NCBI GenBank assembly: GCA_964016885.1
Contig: OZ024746.1
Span: 77,934,001 to 77,998,000, forward strand
DNA length: 64,000 bases
Source: Eledone cirrhosa
Taxonomy: Eukaryota
Direction of reading: 5' to 3'
The position numbers were made by a program, and so were the translations under genes. The notes under the pieces were generated by a model, which was given only the letters and a program-made list of their open reading frames with translations, did not search any database and was not told where the DNA came from. Below, piece after piece: positions 12,665 through 26,036 of the stretch. The first letter of the stretch is position 1, and every line of letters starts with the position of its first letter.

Positions 12665-12775
12665 ATGTAGTCACTACTTAAAAATTCATAGCGGATGGTC
12701 TTCAAAATGCTTTAAAATAAACATACAGTATATTATCAAATATACCATACATACATTCATATATACATATATGTA

Positions 12776-12929
12776 TAATATAAATAATGTTTCATACTCT
12801 TAACATGTATGTGTGGCCATTGGTTTCAGTTTGGAAGTTCCTCTTCTAATATATACTGTTAGCCATAACTGGACCCCAAAACCAATGGTCGTACATACAT
12901 GTTAAGTGTATGAAATATTATTTATATTA
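12776..12929. repeat. Imperfect inverted repeat, ~51-bp arms
   Basis: taatataaataatgtttcatac...ccattggttt pairs with aaaccaatgg...gtatgaaatattatttatatta. Confidence 0.85.
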
Positions 12930-12987
12930 AATAAGCTCTCGTAACAGATTGAGCATTGTTTTCCTTGCTTTTTCTTCTATGGATATC

Positions 12988-13030
<43 letters not shown>

Positions 13031-13209
13031 GAGAAGAAAGAAGAATACTGCGTGGTTGCACATGGGTTACATATGATAAAAATAGTCCTTCGTCAGTGAT
13101 ATTCCAACCATCATTGACATTTCATCGCATTATATATATATATATTTATATATATATATATATAGTGACGAAACATAAGTCAATTGCATGAATTCATAAT
13201 CCTTTATTT

Positions 13210-13265
13210 ACTGCTATATATATTTCGATGATAGCCATTGAATGGCTATAACTTCATGAGGCAGT
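13210..13265 (-). ncRNA. Degenerate family A hammerhead (core CUCAUGA)
   Basis: Minus strand reads ACUGC-CUCAUGA-AGUU AUAGCCAU uca AUGGCUAU CAUC-GAA-AUAUAUAU-A-GCAGU. G5 is changed to C, so it is probably inactive. Confidence 0.7.
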
Positions 13266-13488
13266 TAGTCAGTTCTTAGATATGCCAGCTCTGTGTTTAT
13301 AGTGTTGATGGTATCAGAGCCTTGGGACATATGAGTTTGTTAGGAATAATTTAATGTTGTCAGCAGGAATAGTCTTAATTCTCATTAGTCAGTTTGTAGA
13401 TGCTAGTAGGGTTGGTATTTGACCTCAAAGAGGCAGGTGGTGTTGTAAAGTTCAAACTGTCAGGCAAGATGACAATAGTTCCATATGA

Positions 13489-13530
13489 CTGAGATAAACT
13501 GTATGAATTTTTTTGACAGGTACTATGCTA

Positions 13531-13587
<57 letters not shown>

Positions 13588-13644
13588 CGAGAAGTGTAAG
13601 TCAACCTGCATACTGAATTGTCAGTAAACAACCAGCACATACTC

Positions 13645-13675
<31 letters not shown>

Positions 13676-13719
13676 CTAGCATAGTACCTGTCAAAAAAAT
13701 TCATACAGATTTATCTCAG
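13489..13719. repeat. Inverted repeat, 45-bp arms each abutting a (TA)n tract
   Basis: ctgagataaactgtatgaatttttttgacaggtactatgctagta and its complement at 13674-13719 (one indel). Confidence 0.9.
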
Positions 13720-13837
13720 GGCATTGCACTTCTGGAAGAAGTGAGACAGTGCTCATCCGTGTTTCTTATTTTACAATTTCCAGAAACAAAAGGTGCTTGT
13801 CACCTGACCTTCATGAGTGTGTGTAAATATATATATA

Positions 13838-14184
13838 TCATCATCATCATCATCATTTCCTTTTACGTCCGCTTTTCCCTGCTTGCAAGGGTGGGACGGG
13901 AACTGATTCTGGCTTGATTTCTACAGCTGGATGCCCTTCCTAACACCAACCTCATTTACAGTGAGTGCTGGGTGCTTTTTTGCCGTGGCACCTCCACGAC
14001 CACTTTGCAGTGGAATGATATGGACCTCAGTCCCTATCATCTCATTTCTACAGCTGAGTAAACTGGAGCAATGTGAAATAAAGTGTCTTGCTCAAGGAAA
14101 CAACACATCACCCAGTCTGAGAATTGAACTCACAACCTTTCGATTGCAAGGCCAGTGCTCTAACCACTAAGCCATGTGCCTCCA
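13838..14184 (-). mobile_element. Full-length tRNA-derived CORE-like SINE with (GAT)n tail
   Basis: A box tggcttagtgg, B box gagttcaattct, ccttgagcaagacacttta CORE-like block, and the aggaagggcatccagc tail. Confidence 0.85.
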
Positions 14185-14740
14185 TCATATATATATACAC
14201 ACACATGCACACACACACTCACATGAAGACAAATACATGTAGATCTTCAACCTATCTCTGTCTTCATCTGTCTACCTTTTTATTTACTCTCTACCTATCT
14301 ATCTTTCCATCCACCCACCCAGCAGCATCTTGGTACATGGCTCTCTTGGGAAATAGTCATTTACAGGCTGTGTGTGTACAAATAACTTGTACACACACTG
14401 GTCACAGATGTATGTATGTAACATGTATGTGTGTGTATATGTTTGATGGTGGTGGTGGTGGTGGCGCTTATCTTGGTAGTGCTAGTGGTATTGATGGTCT
14501 TGGTACTGTTGGTGGTGTTGATAGTCTTGGTACTATTTGGTAGTGTTGATGGTTTTGGTGCTAATGGTGATGGTTGTTTTGATGGTGGTGATGGTGGTGG
14601 TGGTGGTGGTGGTGGTTGTGGTCTTGGTAGTTGTGGTGCTTGATGGTTGTAGTGCTAATAGTGGTGGTGGTGGTGGTGGTGGTGCCTGATGGTGTTGGTG
14701 GTTGTGGTGGTGCCTGATGGTGTTGGTGGTTGTGGTGCTA

Positions 14741-14919
14741 ATAATTGTTTCTACTTTAGGCACAAGGCCAGCAATTACCCAGTGCATTACTGGTACTTTA
14801 TTTTATCGACCCCGTAAGGATGAAAGGCAAAGTCAACCTCGGCGGGATTTGAACTCAGATCGTAAAGGGACGGAACTATGCTGGAAAGCATGGCGTCCGA
14901 CTCTCTATCGATACTGTCA
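14741..14919 (-). mobile_element. Meta-like SINE
   Basis: Same family, nearly full length. Confidence 0.8.
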
Positions 14920-15029
14920 GTGCTAATAATGATGGTTGTTTTGATAGTGCTGATGGTGTTAGGTAGCTATAGTGGTGGTGGTGGTGTCGGTAGTTGTGGT
15001 GCTCAATGGTGTTGGTAGTTGTGCTTTTT

Positions 15030-15065
<36 letters not shown>

Positions 15066-15519
15066 TTGGTGGTTGTGGTGCCGATGGTTGTGGTAGTGTT
15101 TGGTGGCAGTCAGCCGGGGTATGGGGAGATGGAGAGGGTTGGTGAGACCTTGCCCTAACTCAGAGGAAGAGACTATTTAGCAAAGTTGAGCTGGTTTGGT
15201 TAACAGAGTGAAATGTGTTAGTGTAACTCGATAGCTGTGTGAAGTATGATGGCTTCTATGGGATCTTTTCTTACATGATTGCTTACTGATTGCTTCCGAC
15301 ACCCTTTCCTGCACTACCACCTCTACCCTCCACTCTTTTGGCCCTCCCTATCCCCATCCCCTTGTAAACACTTCACAACCCTCTTTTTGTTACATCTGTC
15401 TTGCTTTAGTGACCACAAATATATACATTAAACCCTCCCCCCCCTCCCTCTACTAAACTCAGTGAAAGTCTTTGGGTTTTTTTCCTTTTGGTAAACTCAG
15501 CTAGAATGTATGTATGTAT

Positions 15520-15583
<64 letters not shown>

Positions 15584-16234
15584 CGGGCTGTTTGTTTACA
15601 AACAAACCGAGCATTATAATATTCGGTAAACCCATACGTACATATATATATATGTGTGCATGTATGTATGTATATACATACTACTGTACGTCTGTATACA
15701 TATATATATGCACGTATACATACTTATATATCTATATTATTAAGGCTAAACTTGAATCTTATTACTCTGGAATTTCTCCTGTATACTCACTGGGTGATCA
15801 GTTTGTCTGTGAGACACAGAAGAGACTCCAGAGTAACACGACTCAAGCTTGGCCTAAAATAAAGAATATATTAATCTCTATTAGAGTATCAAGTACTCAT
15901 TATTGTAAACTATCAATACTAGGCATACACACTCACCATTGTCATCATATGTTAGTTTTTCCATGCTAGCATGGGTTGTTCAGGTCATTACAGATAGAAT
16001 TAGTACTTAATCAGAGCTACTTTCTCTCTAGACAAACAGAAGTGGGTCCCTGCCTTGCTTACATATGATTCAGTTTTGACATGGTTTCCACAGCTGTATG
16101 CCCTTCATATCACCAACTACATTACAGAGTGTACTGGATGTATTTTATCATGACTCTAGCATGATATCTAAAAATGCTCTATCCTAAGTTTTTTTTAATA
16201 GGAATCTTTCTTATATCATATTACAAGCACCAGC

Positions 16235-16462
16235 TTAACCCTTTAGCATTCACATTACTTTATATATACTATTGTATTTTCATGGTAAGGGCTTTACCTT
16301 GCATAATTATCTCACATAATATCGAATCTATGAGATTTTGAAAGTATTTATTTTGAGAACAATACCTTAACATCAGTATGAGTGACCAATTACAGCTAGT
16401 TTCAACAGAAAAGGGTAGAGAATTCTGGCCGGTTTTGGCCGGTTTGAACATTAAAGGGTTAA
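16235..16462. mobile_element. piggyBac-like MITE copy
   Basis: TTAA|CCCTTTAGCATT...AACATTAAAGGG|TTAA. Interior is the reverse orientation of 9339-9568. Confidence 0.75.
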
Positions 16463-16696
16463 TACTGAAAAATTTAGTCATTAAATCTTTTTAAATTTTT
16501 CATTAATTTCAAATTTATTTAAGAATCATAGGAAGTTTCTTTGATTAGAAAATGGTAGTCTTGAAACATTTTAATTACTCTTACCATTCCTAACCTTTTA
16601 TGATTTAGTTGAAAATATCTAAATAACTATCTTGTTAATTCTAATGTTTACATCCTTACTAGCTGAAATACTGTTGGAGTAAAGACATTAATTTTT

Positions 16697-16885
16697 AATT
16701 GTTTCTACTTTTGGCACAAGGCCAACAATTACCCAGTGCATTACTGGTACTTTATTTTATCGACCCCGTAAGGATGAAAGGCAAAATTAACCTCGGCGGG
16801 ATTTGCACTCAGAATGGCAAGGGCTGTAATTCTATACGTCAAAGCATGGCGTCCGACCCTCTACCGATACTGCCAATTCACCGCC
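16697..16885 (-). mobile_element. Meta-like SINE, full length
   Basis: Head ggcggtgaattggcagtatcggtaga through tail agtagaaacaatt on the minus strand. Confidence 0.8.
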
Positions 16886-18141
16886 CTTAAACACATTAAT
16901 TTCTAATGTGATACAGTTTATTATACATACACATAATCTATATGCCTACATATATGAGGTTAGGCTGACCAAGATACTCTCATGGAATGACCAAATAGGG
17001 TTTGTTTTTCAATATAGTTCCTGGAAAGAAACACTTCAGTTTCTAATAAGAAGAGTGGAAATTAATGTATGCAAGATTTCACAACTCTAGCATCATTCCT
17101 TCATAGTCAGCCTATGAGTTTTTCAGCCTACCCACATACACCTCTACTATGAATCAGGCTGTGTTAACACCATTGCTAATTAATCTAAGCCAGCCTACCA
17201 TACACTATATATGCAAATGAATTTTTCCAGCAGATGTTACGTAGCCCAAAAGTATATAACCTATAGGTTATAGATTTTTAAGGCAGCGAATTGCCAATCA
17301 TTAGAACGTTAGAGAGAATGATTTATGGTATTTGTTCTGGCTCTCTGCTCTCTCAGTTCAAATCACACCAAGGTCAGCTTTCGAGGTTGATAAAAATAAG
17401 TACCAGTCTAGTACTGGGGTCGAATCTTCCTCTTTCTGGAAGAAATCTACTGTACTCAGGCCTGGAGAGGAATAGGCTCCACCAGGCTTAAAATGCCCAA
17501 GAAATGCTGTATGTCAAGACGGCACCCCTACGACTCTATCAAGAGTTACGGGACCATACATACATATTCATTCTTATCTCAATACTGAGTGAGTAAATGT
17601 CACATATGGCTACTGAGATAGATGTGACATGATCACTGCTTAAAACACTCATAATGAGACTTATTATATGTTCATTGTACACAAACATATCACACAGGCC
17701 TAAATATATACCTCTTTTAAATTGGTATTGAGTACATATGATGATTTATTTTAATCTATCAATGACCTTAACTAAGATTCTTACATAAACTTATGATGGA
17801 AGATTCTTGGGTAAATATGAACAGTTTAAAATAAACAATTTTCTATTATTGAACCAGGGAGATTTTTAGCAGTTTGTTATCAAAAAGGTTAAAAGATATA
17901 ATTTGAGATGTCTATAAATTCAAATTTCTTACATTGAATTAAGCCGATAAAATGTGTTATTTTATTTCCTAGCATGTATATCAGCACCTTCTGTGTCAGC
18001 AAGGTCTGTAAATTTATACATTGTCATGATATTTTGGTGTATACTTTTATCAGCACTTACATCTACAGACAGCCTCTCGTTTTCTTTCCCACTCTCTCTC
18101 TTTCTCTATAGAAACACATACACACAGCTTATATATATATA

Positions 18142-18173
<32 letters not shown>

Positions 18174-18183
18174 TTTATATATA

Positions 18184-18228
<45 letters not shown>

Positions 18229-18276
18229 ATATATATTTTATATATATATATTTTATATATATATATTTTATATATA

Positions 18277-18308
<32 letters not shown>

Positions 18309-18374
18309 TTTATATATATATATATATATATTTTATATATATATATATATATATATTTTATATATATATATATA

Positions 18375-18427
<53 letters not shown>

Positions 18428-18637
18428 ATATATATATATATTTTATATATTATATATATATATATATATTTTATATATTATATATATATATACACACACA
18501 CACACAAACATGTGTACATGCACTCACATATATACATGTAACCCCCCCCCCCCACACACACATATATATATAAATATAGACAAACACACACACATATTTA
18601 TGTATGCAAACACATATATAGATGTGCCCCTCACACA

Positions 18638-18719
<82 letters not shown>

Positions 18720-20626
18720 GTGATATGTTCATTGTTATTTTTGTACTATTTATATTATAGATATTCCTCTGTCTGTGTGTCTGGGTATCAAGAAATGAAG
18801 TGTTGCCAAGTATGATGCACAAGGATGAGGGGGGAGGGGGACTTGTTGACATATTATTAGTTTTTGAAATATCATGTAAGAAAGAATATAATTCACTATT
18901 TGTTCTCAGAAACTCTGAAGAATTTGATCCCTGACAATAATCCTTGTGAAATAATGTCAATATGTTCACACCCAGATTGTTTTCTTTTTTTTTCTGTAAG
19001 TGTTTTATATATATATATGCTGTGTGTATGTATGTGTGTATATAGATATATATATATATAGATATAGATATATGTATGTATGTATGTATATATGTATATA
19101 TACATACATGTATAGATATATGTATGTATATATGTATATATACATACATGTATTAGATAGATGTATGTATGTATATATGTATATATACATACATGTATAT
19201 ATGTATGTATATATATAGATATATGTATATAGATATATGTATGTATATATGTATATATATATACATACATGTATATATGTATATATATGTATATATGTAT
19301 ATATGTATGTATGTATGTATGTATATATGTATATATATGTATGTATGTATGTATATATGTATATATACATGTATACATATGTATGTATGTATGTATATAT
19401 GTATATATGTATATATACATGTATACATATGTATGTATGTATGTATATATGTATGTTTGTATATATATATATATATATGTATATGTATGCTATAAATTAC
19501 TGGCATTGTGTTCAGTGTTTCACACACACACACACACATACACACACATACACACATTCAGATACACCGCCCTCTCTCCCCCAACAAAAAACACCCTCGA
19601 TGCAACAATAGAAATCAAATGCCACAGGGTGTCTTTAGGTTGATATGTTTGACCAACATTTGAAATTCTGAATAAGATTCCTGAAAAGTAATTATTTTCT
19701 CTTTAGTGGTGTTGGGTGTACTCTGTAAAATGGTTGGTGTTAGAAAGAACATCCACTTGTAGAAATCACAGAAAACAAAATGGAATGTATAAATAAATTG
19801 TTGGAAAAAGGAGTTGGGGTAGTTTTTGAGGTGAAAAGACGGGGTTACGATAGAGGTTTTGAAACTTTTTGCCCCTAAGAGAGACCTACTGACACAAACC
19901 CTAACTCCCCCTCATCGCCAAGTAATGCCCTCAGCTACCCGCCAACCCTATTTCCAGAGAGACCTGCTGACACACAATCGTAATATATGATAAATAAAAT
20001 CGTTAATTTATATATAATGAATCATATAATATATATTATGTACAAATAAATATTACATATATTTTATATTTTACTATATTTGTATATATATGTATCATTT
20101 GATATTTAATATTTAATATACTATTATATCATCTCTATTGCACCCCCACCCCACCCGGCCCCAGTGCCCATTTTCAGAACCTCTTGGTTAACATATTGAC
20201 AGCGGGAAGTGGAGGAGCTTAGTTCTCTCAATCAACCTTGGATCAATGTATTGGCTGTAGCTTCCTCTTAGAGGCCTTGCTTGACTTCTAATGCTTACTC
20301 TGTTTATGTCTTGCAACTTAACAGTTCCCCCACAAATGATCAATAAAATAAGTGGCACCCTCTTCAGGGAGAAGTAATGCACTCTCAGTTGATTCAAACC
20401 ATGGAAACTAGGATAAGCATCGGCCTGATGAGCCTTCAAGCTTTAGACATCAGATAATGGTAAGAGGCCCTGTCCTATCATGATAAGCAAGGTGAAATGG
20501 AGCATCTTGCTGAAGAACACAAGATGACACTTGGTCCAGGTATCAGACTATGACCTTCTAAACAGTGAGATCGGCACATTAATCACTAGCCAGGCCATGT
20601 ACTTTCACCATGTATGTATTTGTAGT

Positions 20627-20946
20627 AGACATGTGGCTTTGTGGTTAGGAAATTCAGCTCACAATCATAAGGTCATGAGTTCGATTCCCGGTGGTGCGCT
20701 GTGTCCTTGAGCTAGACACTTTATTTCATAATGCTTCAGTTTACTCAGCTGGCAAAAATGAGGAGTACCCGTAATTCGAAGGGTCAGCGTTGTCGCATTC
20801 TGTGTCAAGCCGAATCTCCCTGAGAACTATGTTTAGGTAATGCATGTTTGAGGAATGCTCAGCCACTTTCACGTTAATTTCACGAGCAGGCTGTTCCATT
20901 GATCGGATCAACTGGGACACTCCTAGTCTTAACCGACGGAGTGCCT
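20627..20946 (+). mobile_element. tRNA-derived CORE-like SINE with a different tail
   Basis: tggctttgtgg, gagttcgattcc and gtgtccttgagctagacacttta. A decayed minus-strand head lies at 20485-20610. Confidence 0.7.
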
Positions 20947-21422
20947 TCCAATATATTCTATTGGTGTTGGTTTAATTGATCTAACGAAACAAAACTAAAT
21001 AAAAAATAAATATATTTGGTATATCAATAAAATAAAAAAAAATCCTCATTATATATATCAACCCCTATTTTTAATTAATGCACTTTATTCCTTTAACTAT
21101 TATTTAGCTATTGAGCGAATTCTCTGATCTATATTATACATGAATGGTAATGTGTCTTGGACCAGAAAAGAACAGCACACTCTTAAAACCAACAATATGA
21201 ACAATTGCCTCTTTCTCTATGTATATAAATATATATATGTGTGTGTGTATGCATGTATATAAATGTGTGTGTGTGTGTGTGCATGTGTGTGTGTGTATAT
21301 ATATATATATAGAGAGAGAGAGATGTAAATATGTATGTGTGTGCATGTGTCTATATATGTTTGTACATGTATCTATATTTATATATGTGTGTGTGTATAT
21401 GACTCTCTCTCTCTCTCTCTCT

Positions 21423-21512
<90 letters not shown>

Positions 21513-22582
21513 ATATATATGTATATATAATGGTGTTTGCATCCATCTAATGTCGACACCCATTACAAATTTGCTGGCGTTTCTAAAGGTTACAAAGCAG
21601 CTCTTTTGTGTCAGTGCCAACAGCGAACCTGTTTAATGCTGTAAAAACAAGCCGGCTGTGTCATTGCTTCTACACCGTTTGCATTTACATTTGCATTCGC
21701 ATCATTTACATTGCAGTAGTTTAACGCAGAAAAGGAAAAAAAGAAAAAGGAAAAATAGCAGAAACAGAAGCTGTAGTTGTGCACAATATTCTTGATATGG
21801 CAGTGGTGGCAATGGCGGGAGCGAAGGCCATATTATAAAAGACTTCATTTCAATCACATATATGAAAGCAGTCGCTCGAGTCATTGCAGCCATCTTTGTT
21901 TTGTAATCCTATTTGTAGTGCCAACATGGAGGTTTGTTTGCCGAAAACTGTTTATGGTGCAATTAATTAGTTGTAAGGATATTGGTGGACAGACTGGAAG
22001 CTTTTCAGTTCAAACAAAGTTTCAGCGTTTGAATGCAAAAAGATATTTGTTTTTCAAGCTACTTAGAATTTAATAAAGCTGCTGCTATTAGCACAAACCA
22101 ATACACATCAATTAAGCAGTTTGCCTTGAATAACCAAATCTCATTTTACACCATTAATTTCATTTATTCTTTCATTCTTTCTTTCTGTATCCCTCTTTCT
22201 GTCTCATTCTCCTTCAATCTCTCTCTTTCTGTTTTTCTCTCTTTTTCTGTCTATTTCTCCCCCCTCTCTCTCTTTTTCTCTCTGTCCATCTTCCTCTTTT
22301 CGTCTCTTTCTCTTCTTTGCCTAGATCTCTCTTCGTCTGTCTTCTCTCATTTTGACTATCTCTTTGTTTCTATCCCTTCTCTCTCTCCTTGTTTCTCTCT
22401 CTATCTCCTCTCCTCTTTCTCTATCTCCTCTCCTCTCTCTCTATCTCCTCTCCTCTATCTCCTCCCCTCTTTCTCTCTCCTCTTTCTCTTTCAAGAACCC
22501 AACTCTAATTTGAAGCCTTTAAATTATCTATTATGTGGCAGAAGACTAATTTTAATGAATAATCTTTGTTCTTTTTCCTTTC

Positions 22583-23045
22583 TGGTGGTGGTGATGTTGG
22601 TCTAGGTGATGGTTGTGGTCTAGGTGGTGTTGATATTGGTGGTGGTGGTGGTAGTGGTGACAATATTCTGGGTGGTTTTGATGCTGGTGGTGGTGGTGGT
22701 GATGATGTTGATCTAGGTGATGGTTGTGGTCTAGGTGGTGTTGATATTGGTGGTGGTGGTGGTGGTGGTGGTAGTGGTGACAGTATTCTGGGTGGTTTTG
22801 ATGCTGGTGGTGGTGGTGGTGGTGGTGATGATGATGGTGGTGGTGTTGATGGTGGTGGTGATGTTGATCTAGGTGATGGTTGTGGTCTAGGTGGTGTTGA
22901 TATTGGTGGTGGTGGTGGTAGTGGTGACAGTATTCTGGGTGGTTTTGATGCTGGTGGTGGTGTTGTTAATGGTGATGTTGATGGTGGTGGTGTTGATGCT
23001 GGTGGTGATGGTGGTGGTGATGGTGGTGGTGACGTTGTTGGTGCT
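22583..23045. repeat. GGT-rich minisatellite, three higher-order units
   Basis: ctaggtgatggttgtggtctaggtggtgttgatattggt...attctgggtggttttgatgct occurs three times. Confidence 0.9.
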
Positions 23046-23140
23046 TGTCGTTTGTTTTGTGCTCCTACTTCGGTTTGTTTTTCATTTATTTGAAAATTGT
23101 ATTTGTGTGTGTCTTTGAGTGTGTACACATATGTATATTT

Positions 23141-23222
<82 letters not shown>

Positions 23223-23244
23223 TTATATGTTTAACTATGTCTTT

Positions 23245-23292
<48 letters not shown>

Positions 23293-23313
23293 ATTTATAT
23301 GTTTAACTATATG

Positions 23314-23358
<45 letters not shown>

Positions 23359-23368
23359 GGGTTTATAC

Positions 23369-23413
<45 letters not shown>

Positions 23414-23418
23414 GGTTT

Positions 23419-23489
<71 letters not shown>

Positions 23490-23648
23490 GGTTTATACAC
23501 ACCACACACACACACACACACACAGAGTATCTCTTTCGGAATAAACTATTCATTATCCTTATCAGGCCTTTCTTTGAACCTATTTAAAGTAATTTGTTTA
23601 AAGGCGCTGAACTCTGAAACAGAGATAGTTTACATTCAGTCACAGTTT

Positions 23649-23692
<44 letters not shown>

Positions 23693-24122
23693 GGTGTAGT
23701 GGTTGGTGGTGGTGTAGTGGTTGGTGGTGGTGTAGTGGTTGGTTGGTTGGTGGTAGTGTAGTGGTTGGTTGGTTGGTTGGTGGTGGTGTAGTGGTTGGTG
23801 GTCGTGGTGGTGGTGTAATGGTTGGTTGGTTGGTGGTGGTGGTGTAGTGGTTGGTTGGTGGCGGTGTAGTGGTTGGTGGCGGTGTAGTGGGTGGTGGTGG
23901 TGGTGTAGTGGTGGTAGTGTAGTGGTTGGTTGGTTGGTGGTGGTGTAGTGGTTGGTGGTCGTGGTGGTGGTTGGTTGGTTGGTGGTGGTGTAATGGTTGG
24001 TTGGTGGTGGTTAGTGGTTGGTTGGTTGGTTGGTTGGTGGTGGTGGTGGTGTAGTGGTTGATGGTGGTGGTGGTGGTGGTGGTGTAGTGGTTGGTTGGTG
24101 GTGTTGGAGGTGGTAGTGGTGG
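23649..24122. repeat. (GTA)n / (GGT)n / (GGTT)n compound microsatellite
   Basis: Direct reading. Confidence 0.9.
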
Positions 24123-24464
24123 AGAGTTTGTTTCACTTATCTTTCTATGTTTCATTTCACTTATCTTTCTCTGTTTCATTTCACTGTGGTAGATGTGAGG
24201 GTTGGTCTTTCATTTCACTTATCTTTCACTGTTTCATTTCACTGTGGTAGATGTAAGGGTTGGTCTTTCATTTCACTTATCTCTTTCTCTTTTCCATTCC
24301 ACTGTGGTGGTGTTGGGGGCTGATCTTTCATTTCACTTTTATCTCCCTGGTAAAATGTGTGTGTGTATATATATATATATATATAATATATATATATATA
24401 TAATATATATATGTATGTGTATATATATATATGTGTGTGTATATGTATATATATGTGTGCGTGT

Positions 24465-24804
24465 ATCATCATCATCATCATTTTATGTCCACTTTTCCCT
24501 GCTTGCAAGGGTGGGACGGGAACTGATTCTGGCTTGATTTCTACAGCTGGATGCCCTTCCTAACACCAACCTCATTTACAGTGAGTGCTGGGTGCTTTTT
24601 TGCCATGGCACCTCCACGACCACTTTGCAGTGGAATGATAGGGACCTCAGTCCCTATCATCTCATTTCTACAGCTGAGTAAACTGGAGCAATGTGAAATA
24701 ATGTGTCTTGCTCAAGGAAACAACACATCACCCGGTCTGAGAATTGAACTCACAACCTTTAGATTGCAAGGCTAATGCTCTAACCACTAAGCCATGTGCC
24801 TCCA
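24465..24804 (-). mobile_element. Full-length CORE-like SINE
   Basis: Near-identical to 13838-14184. Confidence 0.85.
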
Positions 24805-24975
24805 TATGTGTATGTATATATGTATAATATATATGTATGTATATATATATGTGTGTGTGTGTTATTTTATAACAACTGACTGTAATTCCAGCTATTCTCT
24901 GTGCTTGAGCATCCTACATCTTCTATCAATTTATTTCCCCAGCACTTCCTAAGTTTGGATGTTTGAGCTTCACAC

Positions 24976-25150
24976 AATTGTTTCTACTATTGGCACAAGG
25001 CCAGCAATTACCCCCAGTGCATTACTGGTACTTTATTTTATCGACCCCGCCCGTAAGGATGAAAGGCAAAGTTAACCTCGGCGGGATTTGAACTCCGAAT
25101 GGCAAGGGCCGTAACTCTATGCGTCAAAGCATGGCGTCCGACCCTCTACC
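24976..25150 (-). mobile_element. Meta-like SINE
   Basis: Same family as 16697-16885. Confidence 0.8.
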
Positions 25151-25164
25151 TATACTAATGTTTC

Positions 25165-25228
<64 letters not shown>

Positions 25229-25233
<5 letters not shown>

Positions 25234-25988
25234 ACCTTGCAAGGATGAAAAGCAAAACTGACCTCTACAGGATTTGAACTCAGAGCCTGGTGACCTGGAA
25301 CATAATACTAAGGCATCTTTCATCTGTTGATACTCTGTTGATATACCACCATATACTAATACTCTGTTGATATACCACCATATACTAATACTCTGTTGAT
25401 ATACCACCATATACTAATACTCTGTTGATATACCACCATATACTAATACTCTGTTGATATACCACCATATACTAACACACTGTTGATATACCACCATATA
25501 CTAACACTCTGTTGATATACCACCATATACTAACACTCTGTTGATATACCACCATATACTAACACTCTGTTGATATACCACCATATACTAACACTCTGTT
25601 GATATACCACCATATACTAACACACTGTTGATATACCACCATATACTAACACTCTGTTGATATACCACCATATACTAACACTCTGTTGATATACCACCAT
25701 ATACTAACACTCTGTTGATATACCACCATATACTAATACTCTGTTGATATACCACCATATACTAATACTCTGTTGATATACCACCATATACTAATACTCT
25801 GTTGATATACCACCATATACTAATACTCTGTTGATATACCACCCTATACTAACACTCTGTTGATATACCACCATATGCTAACACTCTGTTGATATGCCAC
25901 CATATACTAACACCCCACTCTCCAGAGCGTGAAATTAATAAACATTTGTTGTACTGCCTCTCTGTTTTGTCCCTGTTCAAATTTTTCC

Positions 25989-26036
<48 letters not shown>

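Noticed and set aside
13931-14170. Recurring ORF MPFLTPTSFTVSAG (six or more copies)
   Set aside because: Antisense translation of the CORE-like SINE.
20425-20450. CTGATGA near 20425, and minus-strand cores near 27133, 32040, 39495 and 58375
   Set aside because: No correctly placed GAAA with a paired stem II.
22505-23146. Gly-rich (+) and Pro-rich (-) ORFs
   Set aside because: Triplet-based minisatellite. Glycine is almost always GGT, which argues against coding evolution.
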